Of a stretch of 64,000 nt of DNA, positions 19,282-27,771 are shown in pieces. The stretch is from the NCBI RefSeq assembly GCF_035575815.1, contig NZ_DATLXO010000120.1, positions 4,234 through 68,233 on the forward strand, written 5' to 3'. Within the stretch, counting starts at the first letter, position 1. Every line of letters starts with the position of its first letter. The translations under genes and the position numbers were made by a program. The stretch comes from Iamia sp. GTDB lineage: Bacteria; Actinomycetota; Acidimicrobiia; Acidimicrobiales; Iamiaceae. The notes beneath the pieces are model-generated. The model had not been told where the DNA came from. It searched no databases and saw only the letters and a program-made list of their open reading frames with translations.

Positions 19282-20085
19282 ATGACCGCCACCGCCCGCC
19301 GTGACCGCCTCCGCGACCTCCACCGCGAGGGAACCTTCGTGATCCCCAACCCGTTCGACCGGGGCTCGGCCCGCCTGCTCGCCGCCATGGGCTTCGCTGC
19401 CCTGGCCACCACCAGCGCCGGCCTGGCCAACTCGCGGGGCCGTGCCGACATGAGCATCACCCGCGACGTGTTGGTCGACCACGTGACCGACCTGGCCGCG
19501 GGCACCGAGCTGCCCCTCCACGTCGACGCCCAGCGGTGTTTCGCCGACGGTCCGGACGGCGTGGCCGAGACAGTCGGGCTCCTGGCCGACGCCGGGGCGG
19601 CCGGCGTCTCGATCGAGGACTGGAATCCGGGCGCTGATCGGATCGAGCCGTTCGACGTGGCCGTCGCCCGGGTCGCCGCCGCCGCTACCAGCGCCGGAGA
19701 GCACGGTCTGGTGCTGACCGCCCGCTGCGAGAACCTCCTCCACGGAGTCGACGACCTCGACGACACCACCGCTCGGCTCGTCGCCTACCGCGACGCCGGC
19801 GCCGAGGTCGTCTACGCCCCCGGGCTGGTCGACCTGGACGCCATCGGGACGGTCGTGACCGAGGTCGGCGTCCCCGTGAACGTTCTGCTGCTGCCCGGCG
19901 GGCCCACGGTCGCCGACCTGGCCGGAGCGGGCGTGCGCCGGGTCTCGCTCGGCAGCAACCTCTCGAACGCGGCCTACGGGGCCGTTGCCGCCGCGGCGCA
20001 GACCGTGCTGGCCTCCGGCGGCCTCGGCGCGACGACGCCGAGCGTGCCCGCCGACGTCGCCGCCCGCGCCTTCACTGCCGAGTAG
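19282..20085 (+). CDS. isocitrate lyase/PEP mutase superfamily protein (2-methylisocitrate lyase-like)
   Basis: [58 protein letters not shown]. 267 aa. Confidence 0.85.
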   Translation: MTATARRDRLRDLHREGTFVIPNPFDRGSARLLAAMGFAALATTSAGLANSRGRADMSITRDVLVDHVTDLAAGTELPLHVDAQRCFADGPDGVAETVGLLADAGAAGVSIEDWNPGADRIEPFDVAVARVAAAATSAGEHGLVLTARCENLLHGVDDLDDTTARLVAYRDAGAEVVYAPGLVDLDAIGTVVTEVGVPVNVLLLPGGPTVADLAGAGVRRVSLGSNLSNAAYGAVAAAAQTVLASGGLGATTPSVPADVAARAFTAE

Positions 20086-20127
20086 CGCCTCGGCCGGCGA
20101 GGAGGACGAGGTCCGCAGCGTGGCGGG

Positions 20128-20518
20128 TCAGGTCGGGACGAAGACGCCGACGTCGGGGTGCAACGCGACGAACCCCCGGTCGAAGGTGGCGAGGGCCCCT
20201 CCCCGTCGTCGGGCCTGCGTCGTCGGGCCTGCGCCGCCAGGTACGTGTCGGTCACCTGCCGCTGGTCGAGCACGCCCCGCAGCACCGCCTGCAAGTCGGC
20301 CTCGTCGTCGGTCACAGCTCGTGGCGGTCGTCGGCGCACACGTCGTCGAGCACCCGCGCCGCCTCGACGGCGGTCAGGCCACCCCGGATCAGGATCCGGA
20401 GCAGGGCCCCTGGGTGATGGGTGTCGTGGCGAACGTGCCGGACATCGCCGCCAACCACCGCGCGGACGGCTCGTGGTGGACGTGGCTGTCGACGGGCAGT
20501 TCGACCGTCGTGCGCATG
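20128..20518 (-). pseudogene. vapC: VapC-like PIN toxin gene disrupted by three lesions
   Basis: Three frames join to MRTTVELPVDSHVHHEPSARWL...FATTPITQG/ALLRILIRGGLT...ADDRHEL/W?TDDEADLQAVLRGVLDQRQVTDTYLAAQARRRGGALATFDRGFVALHPDVGVFVPT*. The lesions are 1-nt losses in G runs (about 20409 and about 20315) and a perfect 14-bp tandem duplication cgtcgtcgggcctg (20204-20217/20218-20231). Length is 391 nt, not a multiple of 3. Confidence 0.75.
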
Positions 20519-20622
20519 GCTCCAGCCTACGCCTCGTCCCGTCACTGTCGATCGTGATGAGATGATGCGAGGCTCGCCCCCAACGGCACGCCGGTCCGGG
20601 CCCAGCGGCCAGACTCAGGGAT

Positions 20623-21201
20623 GTGCCTTCCACTCGGCTGCTGCTCGTGCGCCACGGCGAGACCGACTGGGCCAAGGGTCGCCGCCACACCGGGCGCACC
20701 GACATCGGGCTCAACGCCACCGGCGAGGCTCAGGCCCGAGACCTGCCCGGCCGCCTGCCGCTCGACGGCGTGGTCGCCATCTGGTGCAGCCCGCTGGCCC
20801 GGTCCCGGGACACCGCAGCGCGAGCGGGCCTGGCGGTCGACGTCATCGACCCGGACCTGATCGAGTGGGACTACGGCTTCGCCGAGGGCCGGACCACCGC
20901 CCAGATCCGCGACGAGCGCCCGGGCTGGACCGTCTGGGACGACGAGATCACCGGCGGCGAGTCCCTGGAGCAGGTCGGGGCCCGGGCGGATTCGGTGATC
21001 GTCCGGGCCCGCTCCGTGGAGGGCACCGTGGCCCTCGTCGGCCACGCCCACCACCTCCGCGTGCTCGCCGCCCGCTGGCTGGGACTGGCGCCGGGCGGCG
21101 GTCGCCACCTGACGCTCGACCCGGCGGGCTGGGGCGCGCTCGGCTGGGAGCGCGAGACCCCGGTGATCGAGCGGTGGAACCCACCCGGCCCGCCGATCTG
21201 A
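20623..21201 (+). CDS. histidine phosphatase (phosphoglycerate-mutase-like) family protein
   Basis: LLLVRHGETDWA..RRHTGRTD..L...G..QA, SPL.R...TA, GHAHHLRVL. 192 aa. Confidence 0.85.
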   Translation: MPSTRLLLVRHGETDWAKGRRHTGRTDIGLNATGEAQARDLPGRLPLDGVVAIWCSPLARSRDTAARAGLAVDVIDPDLIEWDYGFAEGRTTAQIRDERPGWTVWDDEITGGESLEQVGARADSVIVRARSVEGTVALVGHAHHLRVLAARWLGLAPGGGRHLTLDPAGWGALGWERETPVIERWNPPGPPI

Positions 21202-21208
21202 TCCGAGC

Positions 21209-21262
21209 CGCCGTCCGCAGACCGTCCGCAGAACCGCCGTCCGCAGACCCGCCGCAGAACCG
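21209..21262. repeat. short degenerate tandem repeat (CCGTCCGCAGA-type units)
   Basis: gccgtccgcagac cgtccgcagaac cgccgtccgcagaccc gccgcagaaccg, in the intergenic gap after the phosphatase gene. Confidence 0.7.
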
Positions 21263-21423
21263 AAAGACGGCCACCCTGGTGCGCCCGTGGGCCCCACCAG
21301 GGTGGCCAGAACCCCGAAGCCCCGGGGGTGACCCAGACCCAGGACGTCGTCACACCGCGATGCGGTGCCCCGGATCGCCGCCTGCCCGCCACACGACCGA
21401 CGAAGTCCTGCCAGGATCGGGCG

Positions 21424-22437
21424 ATGCCCCCCACCAGCCGCCAGGTCGTCCTCGCCACCCGCCCCTCGGGGATGGTCGACGAGGAGACCACCCGCCTCGA
21501 GACCGTCCCCCAGCCCGAGCCCGGACCGGGCGAGGCCCTCGTGCGCGTGCAGTACCTCTCCATCGACCCCACGATCCGCACCTGGATGGACGATGCCCCC
21601 GGCTACCTGCCCCCCATCGAGATCGACGCCGTGGTCCGCAGCGGTGGCATCGGCGAGGTCGTAGCCTCCAACAGCGACAGCTACGCCGTCGGCGACACCG
21701 TGTTCGGCATGCTCGGCTGGCAGGAGCACGCCGTGGTCGACGAGGGCGGCAACACCGCCCAGGTCATCCCCGACGGCGTTCCGCCCACCGAGGCGCTCAG
21801 CGTCTTCGGCGTCACCGGCATGACCGCCTACTTCGGGCTCCTCGACGTGGGCCGGCTCCAGCCCGGCGACACGGTGGTCGTGTCGGGGGCGGCGGGTGCG
21901 ACCGGATCGGTCGTCGGGCAGGTCGCCCGCATCAAGGGCGCCGGCCGGGTGGTGGGCATCGCCGGCGGACCGGAGAAGTGCGCCTGGCTGATCGACGAGC
22001 TGGGCTTCGACGGGGCCATCGACTACAAGAACGACGACCTCGGCGCCCGCCTCCGCGAGCTGTGCGGTGACGGCATCGACCTCTACTTCGACAACGTCGG
22101 CGGCGAGATCCTCGACACCTGCCTGGCCCAGCTGGCCATGCGCGCCCGGGTGGTGTGCTGCGGCGCCATCTCCGCCTACAACGCCCGGGGCGAGGCCCAC
22201 GGACTCACCAACTACTTCAGCCTCATCACCAAGCGGGCCCGCATGGAGGGCTTCTTGATCCTCGACTACCTCGACCGGTTTCCCGAGGCCCAGATGGAGA
22301 TGTTCGGTTGGGTCGCCGACGGTCAGGTCCGCCACGCCGAGCACGTCGTCGAGGGCCTCGAGAACGCCCCCGACGCGCTGAACCTGCTCTTCACCGGTGG
22401 CAACACCGGCAAGGTCGTCGTCGCCCTCGGCTCCTGA
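21424..22437 (+). CDS. NADP-dependent oxidoreductase, zinc-free MDR family (YncB/PTGR-like)
   Basis: 337 aa from ATG 21424 (MPPTSRQVVLATRPSG). VQYLSIDPTIRTWM, GMTAYFGLLDVG.LQPGDTVVVSGAAGATGSVVGQ.A, and C-terminal F.G.NTGK.VV. Confidence 0.85.
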   Translation: MPPTSRQVVLATRPSGMVDEETTRLETVPQPEPGPGEALVRVQYLSIDPTIRTWMDDAPGYLPPIEIDAVVRSGGIGEVVASNSDSYAVGDTVFGMLGWQEHAVVDEGGNTAQVIPDGVPPTEALSVFGVTGMTAYFGLLDVGRLQPGDTVVVSGAAGATGSVVGQVARIKGAGRVVGIAGGPEKCAWLIDELGFDGAIDYKNDDLGARLRELCGDGIDLYFDNVGGEILDTCLAQLAMRARVVCCGAISAYNARGEAHGLTNYFSLITKRARMEGFLILDYLDRFPEAQMEMFGWVADGQVRHAEHVVEGLENAPDALNLLFTGGNTGKVVVALGS

Positions 22438-22539
22438 TGACGACCGCGATCCGTTCTGGGCCACAGATCGGCCACCCGTGTCCGGTTGGCGGCTCAGAAC
22501 GGGCACGGCTCGGCCCGGGCCTCACCTGCGATGAAATGG

Positions 22540-23274
22540 TCAGGCGGTGCCGGCGGCGGCGAGGGCGGTGTCGATCGACAGCGCCCCATCGTAGAGGGCC
22601 CTGCCCACGATGGCGCCGGCGAGCACGCGGTTGCCGGCCTCGAGCGCAGCGAGGTCGCGCAGGTGCTCGGGGGTGCCCACGCCGCCGGAGGCGACCACGT
22701 CGGTCTCGACCTCGGTGAGCAGCCGCTCGTAGGTGTCGAGGTCGGGTCCGGTGCCCACGCCGTCGACGTTGATCTGGGTGACCACGTAGGCCGCGAACCC
22801 GGCGTCGTCCATCTCGGTGGCCACGTCGAGCAGCGTGCGGCCCGAGCCCTCGGCCCAGCCCCGCACCGCGACCTCGTCGCCCCGGACGTCGAGACCCAGC
22901 ACGACCCGACCGGGGTGGCGGGCGGCGAGGGCCCGGGCCCAGGACGGGTCGTCGAGGGCCGCGGTGCCCACCACCACCCGGGCCACGCCGGCGCCGAGGA
23001 GCTCGTCGGCCGAGGCGTCGTCGCGCACGCCGCCCCCGGTCTGGATCGGGGTCGACACCGCGGCGACGACGGCGGCGATGACGGGCCGGTTCACCGGCTC
23101 GCCGGTACGGGCCGCGTCGAGATCGACCACGTGGATCCACGGGGCGCCGGCGTCGGTGAAGACCCGGGCCTGGGAGACGGGGTCGTCGCCGTAGACGGTC
23201 TCACGGGCGAAGTCGCCCTGGGTGAGGCGGACGCACTGCCCGCCGCGCAGGTCGATGGCCGGGTACAGGTCCAT
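22540..23274 (-). CDS. hisA: ProFAR isomerase (HisA; possibly PriA-type)
   Basis: 244 aa from ATG 23272-23274: MDLYPAIDLRGGQCVRL.QGD, HVVDLDAA, QTGGGVR, VVVGTAA, GLDVR, ASGGV.. The start overlaps the hisH stop by 1 nt. Confidence 0.9.
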   Translation of the reverse strand: MDLYPAIDLRGGQCVRLTQGDFARETVYGDDPVSQARVFTDAGAPWIHVVDLDAARTGEPVNRPVIAAVVAAVSTPIQTGGGVRDDASADELLGAGVARVVVGTAALDDPSWARALAARHPGRVVLGLDVRGDEVAVRGWAEGSGRTLLDVATEMDDAGFAAYVVTQINVDGVGTGPDLDTYERLLTEVETDVVASGGVGTPEHLRDLAALEAGNRVLAGAIVGRALYDGALSIDTALAAAGTA

Positions 23275-23951
23275 CAGCGCGTCTCGCCCGGCCCGGACGC
23301 GACCGCCGGCGTCGACCGGCACTCGGCCACGTAGCCGGCGAGCAGCGCCAAACCGCTGGCCGAAGACTTCTCGGGGTGGAACTGGGTGGCCCAGCACCGG
23401 CCCCGGTCGACCATGGCCACGACCGGGCCGCCGTAGTCGCACGTCGCGGCGACCAGCTCGGCGGGCGCCTCCACCGCGTAGGAGTGGACGAAGTAGACCC
23501 ACGCGGGGTCGGCCAGCCCCGCGGTCGGCTCGGGGCGGCGGGCCCAGTCGAGCACGTTCCACTGCATCTGCGGGTGCTTGACCCCCTGCGGCAGGCGCCG
23601 GACCCACCCCGGCAGGGCCCCGAGCCCGGCGACGCCAGGGGTCTCGTCGGAGCCCTCGAAGAGCATCTGCATGCCGACGCACACCCCGAGGAACGGCGGC
23701 CCGCCGGCCACCGCATCGACCACCCCGGCGGCGGCCACCTCTGTCAGCCCGGCGGCGGCCAGGGCCTCCATGCACCGTCCGAACGCCCCCACGCCCGGCA
23801 GCACCAGGCCGTCGGCGTCGGCGATCAGCCCGTGGTCCGCGGTGAGGCGCGCGTCGGCGCCCACCTTCTCGAGAGCCTTCTGGGCCGAGCGCAGGTTCCC
23901 GATGCCGTAGTCGAGGACTGCGATGAGCGGGCGCGCACCGTCGACCACCAC
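23274..23951 (-). CDS. hisH: imidazole glycerol phosphate synthase glutaminase subunit
   Basis: IAVLDYGIGNLRSAQKALE, LPGVGAFG, LGVCVGMQMLFE (catalytic Cys), FVHSY, QFHPEKS. 225 aa. Confidence 0.95.
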   Translation of the reverse strand: MVVDGARPLIAVLDYGIGNLRSAQKALEKVGADARLTADHGLIADADGLVLPGVGAFGRCMEALAAAGLTEVAAAGVVDAVAGGPPFLGVCVGMQMLFEGSDETPGVAGLGALPGWVRRLPQGVKHPQMQWNVLDWARRPEPTAGLADPAWVYFVHSYAVEAPAELVAATCDYGGPVVAMVDRGRCWATQFHPEKSSASGLALLAGYVAECRSTPAVASGPGETR

Positions 23952-24559
23952 TAGAGGGTGCCCTTGGTCGACGGCACCCCACGGCCCTCCACCCGCACCG
24001 CGTCGCGCAGGCAGCGCGACACACCCTTGAACATCGCCTCCAGCACGTGGTGGGTGTTGCGGCCCGACCGCTTGGTGACGTGCAGGGTGATGCCCGCCGA
24101 GGTGGCGAACGACTGCCAGAAGTGCTCGGCCATCTCCGGGTTGAACGGCGGGTCACCGAGCGGGAGGACCTCACCGAAGGCCACGTCGAAGACCACGAAG
24201 GGCCGACCCGACAGGTCGAGGGCCACCTCGACGAGGGCCTCGTCGAGGGGGTACAGGCCCGACGCGAAGCGCCGCACGCCCTCCTTGTCCCCCAGGGCTT
24301 CCCGGAACGTCTCACCGAGGAGGATGCCGACGTCCTCGACGGTGTGGTGGCCGTCGACGTGCAGGTCTCCGGTGGCGTCGAGGGCCAGGTCGAAGCCGGC
24401 GTGACGGCCGATCTGGTCGAGCATGTGGTCGAAGAACGGCAGTCCCGTCGATGCCGACACCTCGCCCCGGGGGCCGTCGACGTCGAGCGTGATCGAGATC
24501 GCCGTCTCCTTGGTCGTGCGCTGGCGGCTGGCGGCGCGGGGGCCGAGGGCGGCGGTCAT
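23951..24559 (-). CDS. hisB: imidazoleglycerol-phosphate dehydratase
   Basis: 202 aa from ATG 24557-24559: RTTKET.I...LD.DG, GLPFFDHMLDQ...H, GDLHVDGHHTVEDVGI, NTHH..EA.FK. ATGA overlap with the hisC stop. Confidence 0.95.
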   Translation of the reverse strand: MTAALGPRAASRQRTTKETAISITLDVDGPRGEVSASTGLPFFDHMLDQIGRHAGFDLALDATGDLHVDGHHTVEDVGILLGETFREALGDKEGVRRFASGLYPLDEALVEVALDLSGRPFVVFDVAFGEVLPLGDPPFNPEMAEHFWQSFATSAGITLHVTKRSGRNTHHVLEAMFKGVSRCLRDAVRVEGRGVPSTKGTL

Positions 24560-25680
24560 CGGAGGATCTCCCGGAGGGCGGCGAGGAAGCGGTCGTCCTC
24601 GTCGGTGGTGCCGACGGTGACGCGGAGGCACCCGTCGAGGCGGGGCCACGACGAGCAGTCGCGGACCAGGACCGAGTGGTCGAGCAGGGCCCGCCAGACC
24701 TCGGCGCCGGCCCGCGACGTGGGGCGGAAGAGGATGAAGTTGGCTCCCGACGGCCAGACCTCGCACGGCAGGTCGCGGAGCGCGGCCTCGAGTCGCCCGC
24801 GCTCCTCGACCAGGTGGGCGACGCGGGACTCCATGGCGGCGACGTGGTCGAGGGCCAGGATACCGGCGACCTGCTTCAGGGCGTCGAGGTGGTACGGGAG
24901 CACGACCTTCTGGAGCTCGTCGACGACCCACGAGGGGCCGACGAGGTAGCCGAGGCGCGCTGCGGCCATCGACCAGGTCTTCGAGAAGGTGCGGGTCACG
25001 ACGAGGGGGGTGTCGTCGTCGACGAGCTCGAGGGCGGACCAGGGTGCGAACTGGCCGTAGGCCTCGTCCACCACCAGCAACCCGGGCACGAGGGCCAACA
25101 CCTCTCTCACGGTCTCGGGCGTCTCGACCAGGCCCGTGGGGTTGTTGGGCGAGCACAGGTAGGTGAGGGCGGGCGCGGCCTCGGCCACGACCCGGCGCAC
25201 CTCGGTCACGTCGAGGGCGAAGTCATCGGCGCGTGCCCCCTCGGCGACCGTCGCCCCGGTGAGGCGTGCGATGTGGGAGTGCAGGGCGTAGGTGGGCTCG
25301 AACACCGCGACCGACCGGCCCGCCCCGCCGTAGGTGAGCGACAGGGTCTGGAGCACCTCGTTGGACCCGTTGGCCACGAAGACCTGGCCCGCATCCACGC
25401 CGTGGGCGGCGGCGATCTTGGAGCGGAGGCGAAGCGCGGCGCGGTCGGGGTAGCGGTGCCAACCGACCTTCGTGACCGCGTCGGCGACGGCGTCGAGGAA
25501 CTCCGGCGGCGGGGGGAAGGGAGACTCGTTGACGTTGAGGCGCACGTCGACGTCGACCTGGGGCGAGTGGTAGCCGGCCATGAGGGCCACGTCGGTCCGG
25601 GGGCCGAGGCGCGGGCGGACCGGCGCGCCGGCGACCCCACCCTCCGGTCTGGACGCGTCGGCTCCGCCGACACTGCTCAT
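24556..25680 (-). CDS. hisC: histidinol-phosphate aminotransferase
   Basis: 374 aa from ATG 25678-25680: LN.NESPFPPP, YPD, NGSNE, SPNNPTG, VVDEAY..F, RTFSK...MA..RLGY (PLP lysine). ATGA overlap with the hisD stop. Confidence 0.92.
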   Translation of the reverse strand: MSSVGGADASRPEGGVAGAPVRPRLGPRTDVALMAGYHSPQVDVDVRLNVNESPFPPPPEFLDAVADAVTKVGWHRYPDRAALRLRSKIAAAHGVDAGQVFVANGSNEVLQTLSLTYGGAGRSVAVFEPTYALHSHIARLTGATVAEGARADDFALDVTEVRRVVAEAAPALTYLCSPNNPTGLVETPETVREVLALVPGLLVVDEAYGQFAPWSALELVDDDTPLVVTRTFSKTWSMAAARLGYLVGPSWVVDELQKVVLPYHLDALKQVAGILALDHVAAMESRVAHLVEERGRLEAALRDLPCEVWPSGANFILFRPTSRAGAEVWRALLDHSVLVRDCSSWPRLDGCLRVTVGTTDEDDRFLAALREILR

Positions 25681-26981
25681 CGGGGTGCCGCCAGGCGACG
25701 ACGGACCGACTCGGCGTGGGCCGGCAGCCCCTCGGCCTCGGCCAGCACGGCCACGTGAGGGCCGACGAGGGCCAGCGCGTCGCGATCCATGGTGACGACG
25801 TGGATGTCCTTGGTGAAGTCGGCGACGGTGAGCGCCGAGCCGAACCGGGCCGAACCGGCGGTGGGCAGGACGTGGCTGGGGCCGGCGAGGTAGTCGCCGA
25901 CCGAGGCCGGCGCCCACGGACCGACGAACACGGCGCCGGCGTGGCGGATGAGGCCCACGATCTCGGTGGCGGCCTCCTCGGCGCAGATCACCTCGAGGTG
26001 CTCGGGCGCGACCCGGTTGGCCACCGCCGCGGCCTGGGCCGGTCCGTCGACCAGGGCGAGGCGCCCGCCCGCGGCGAAGGTGGCCTCGATGTCCTGGCGC
26101 CGGGGCGATGCCGCGACCTGGGCCCCGATGGCGGCATCGACCGCGTCGGCCACGGCCTGGTCCCAGGTGACGAACCAGGCGCGACCGCCGGGGCCGTGCT
26201 CGGCCTGGAGGATGACGTCGATCGCGGCGAGGTCGGGGGCGACCGAGTCATCGGCGATGACGACGACCTCCGACGGCCCGGCGAAGGCCGATGGGACCCC
26301 GACGCGCCCCTCTCCTGCGACCTGGCGCTTGGCCTCGGCCACATAGACGTTGCCCGGCCCCACGATGACGTCGACGGCCCGGATGGTCTCGGTGCCGTAG
26401 GCCAGGGCCGCCACGGCCTGGGCGCCACCGACCCGGTGCACCTCGGTTATGCCGGCGACGGCGGCTGCGGCCAGGGTGAGCGCCGGCACCTCGCCGTCGG
26501 GCCCCGGCGGCACGCACAGGGCGACCTCGGGCACGCCGGCGACCAGGGCCGGCACGGCGGTCATCAGCACCGTCGAGGGGTACAGGGCCCGACCACCGGG
26601 CACGTAGCACCCGGCCCGGTCGACGGCCTGGGCCCGGCCGGTGATCAGGATGCCATCGCGGGAGTAGGTCGACGGCGGTCGCAGCTGGTGGCGGTGGAAG
26701 TCCTCGATCCCCGCGGCCGCCACCTCGAGCGCGGCCCGCACCTCGGGGCGCACCGAGTCGCGCGCCGCAACGATGGCCTCGGGCGGCACGCGGGTGTCGG
26801 CCACGTCGACGCCGTCGAAGCGCATCGTCAGGGCGCGGATCGCGGCGTCGCCACCGGTGCGCACGGCCTCGAGCACCTCGCGCACCGCAGCGCGGGGGCC
26901 CTCGTCGTCGGTGGCCACCGGCGGGAGGAGGTCGGCGAGCGCGTCGTCGGAGGTGCCGCGCAGGTCGAGTCGGGTGAGCAC
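25677..26981 (-). CDS. hisD: histidinol dehydrogenase
   Basis: GCYVPGG.A.YPS.VLM...PA.VAGV, GGAQA.AA.AYGT, I.GPGN.YV..AK, AGPSEV..IAD, QAEH, DY..G.SHVLPT. 434 aa. Confidence 0.95.
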   Translation of the reverse strand: MLTRLDLRGTSDDALADLLPPVATDDEGPRAAVREVLEAVRTGGDAAIRALTMRFDGVDVADTRVPPEAIVAARDSVRPEVRAALEVAAAGIEDFHRHQLRPPSTYSRDGILITGRAQAVDRAGCYVPGGRALYPSTVLMTAVPALVAGVPEVALCVPPGPDGEVPALTLAAAAVAGITEVHRVGGAQAVAALAYGTETIRAVDVIVGPGNVYVAEAKRQVAGEGRVGVPSAFAGPSEVVVIADDSVAPDLAAIDVILQAEHGPGGRAWFVTWDQAVADAVDAAIGAQVAASPRRQDIEATFAAGGRLALVDGPAQAAAVANRVAPEHLEVICAEEAATEIVGLIRHAGAVFVGPWAPASVGDYLAGPSHVLPTAGSARFGSALTVADFTKDIHVVTMDRDALALVGPHVAVLAEAEGLPAHAESVRRRLAAPR

Positions 26982-27099
26982 GGCAGCACGCTACCGAAGC
27001 GCAGCCACCGGGCCGCCATGGGATCGCCGGCCTGCGGGGCGCCCTCGACCCGTTGTCCGCCGGGGTCGCGTCACCCGGCGCGAGGACCACACTGGGGCG

Positions 27100-27306
27100 A
27101 TGGCCGATGCCGAGCTCCCCACCGCCGCGACCCTCAGCTCCCTGTCGTCCCAGGTCAACGACATGTTGGTCCGGGTCGGTGCCGACGCCGAAGCCAGCGA
27201 CCGTTCCCCGACCGAGGGCGTGGCTGCGGCCCTCTACGACGCGGAGCGGGCCCTGCGCTCGGTGCGGCGGGCCCTGGAGCGGGCCGAACGAGCCCTGGGC
27301 GCCTGA
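27100..27306 (+). CDS. hypothetical small helical protein (68 aa)
   Basis: ATG 27100: MADAELPTAATLSSLSSQVNDMLVRVGADAEASDRSPTEGVAAALYDAERALRSVRRALERAERALGA. Composition is protein-like and GC3 is high. No family recognised. Confidence 0.4.
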   Translation: MADAELPTAATLSSLSSQVNDMLVRVGADAEASDRSPTEGVAAALYDAERALRSVRRALERAERALGA

Positions 27307-27375
27307 CGGCCGGCGGGAGCATCACCCGACCAACCTGTTACCCGCACCCGACGGACCTGTTACCCGATGGGCGGG

Positions 27376-27474
27376 TGAAAAAGGCGACGGGGGCGCCAGA
27401 AAGGCGCCCCCGTCGGGCGACGCCGGGCGGCGGATCCCAGCGTCGCGGTGAACCAGGTGGCGGGAACCTGGTCG
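27376..27474 (-). ncRNA. candidate ~100-nt small RNA (two C-rich-loop hairpins + intrinsic terminator; 6C-like architecture)
   Basis: On the minus strand a -10-like TACAAT (plus 27481-27486) precedes hairpin CCAGGT-TCCCGCC-ACCTGG. Next is hairpin GCGACGCTGGG-ATCCGCCG-CCCGGCGTCGC. Last is a 13-bp perfect stem CGACGGGGGCGCC-TTTCT-GGCGCCCCCGTCG (plus 27385-27415) followed by CCTTTTTC. No plausible CDS lies upstream of this terminator. Confidence 0.45.
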
Positions 27475-27617
27475 GGAGTCATTGTAAGCGCACAGGAATC
27501 ACCGTCCAGCGAAACGGCAAGCGAAACCTCGAATTTCTTTGACAGCCGATGCCGGACGGTGAGCACACCGGAACGCGCCGGCGGCCCAGCTCGCTCCGTG
27601 CCGCTCGAAGACCGTCC

Positions 27618-27632
27618 GTCACGTAACGTGAC
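27618..27632. promoter_or_regulatory. perfect 15-bp palindrome GTCACGTAACGTGAC (candidate operator)
   Basis: Read directly from the sequence. It lies in the unusually AT-rich 27480-27720 intergenic stretch, between the candidate sRNA and the GT2 operon. Confidence 0.4.
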
Positions 27633-27664
27633 CAAGAACACAGCACGAATTGTAGTGTGGTGCC

Positions 27665-27693
27665 TTGCATGCTCACTTAACGCGTTGGATACT
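27665..27693 (+). promoter_or_regulatory. candidate sigma-A-type promoter of the LAxTG/GT2 operon
   Basis: TTGCAT (27665-27670), 17-nt spacer, GATACT (27688-27693). The predicted leader to ATG 27772 is about 72 nt, with GAGAGG 8 nt upstream of the ATG. Hexamer matches only. Confidence 0.3.
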
Positions 27694-27771
27694 CCACCGG
27701 GGGCAGCTGACAACACCCTCCGACGCCGGTGTGGGGACCCTCCCCGACGGGACGAAACGAGAGGTTCTGAC

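Noticed and set aside
27333-27365. Direct repeat acctgttacccg x2 (21-nt spacing) downstream of the small ORF
   Set aside because: It is too short, occurs only twice, and has no associated feature. It was noted only as a possible binding site in the his-operon upstream region.
27360-27482. 40-aa minus-strand ORF MTPDQVPATWFTATLGSAARRRPTGAPFWRPRRLFHPPIG
   Set aside because: Its ATG overlaps the -10-like TACAAT, so it would lie upstream of the predicted TSS. The ORF also runs through the terminator stem, and its composition is not protein-like. An sRNA is favoured.
27481-27540. c-di-GMP-I (GEMM) or ydaO-type riboswitch upstream of the GT2 operon
   Set aside because: There is only a GCACAGG-like fragment and scattered GAAA motifs. 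The conserved paired elements could not be drawn, and the predicted plus-strand promoter lies downstream of this segment.
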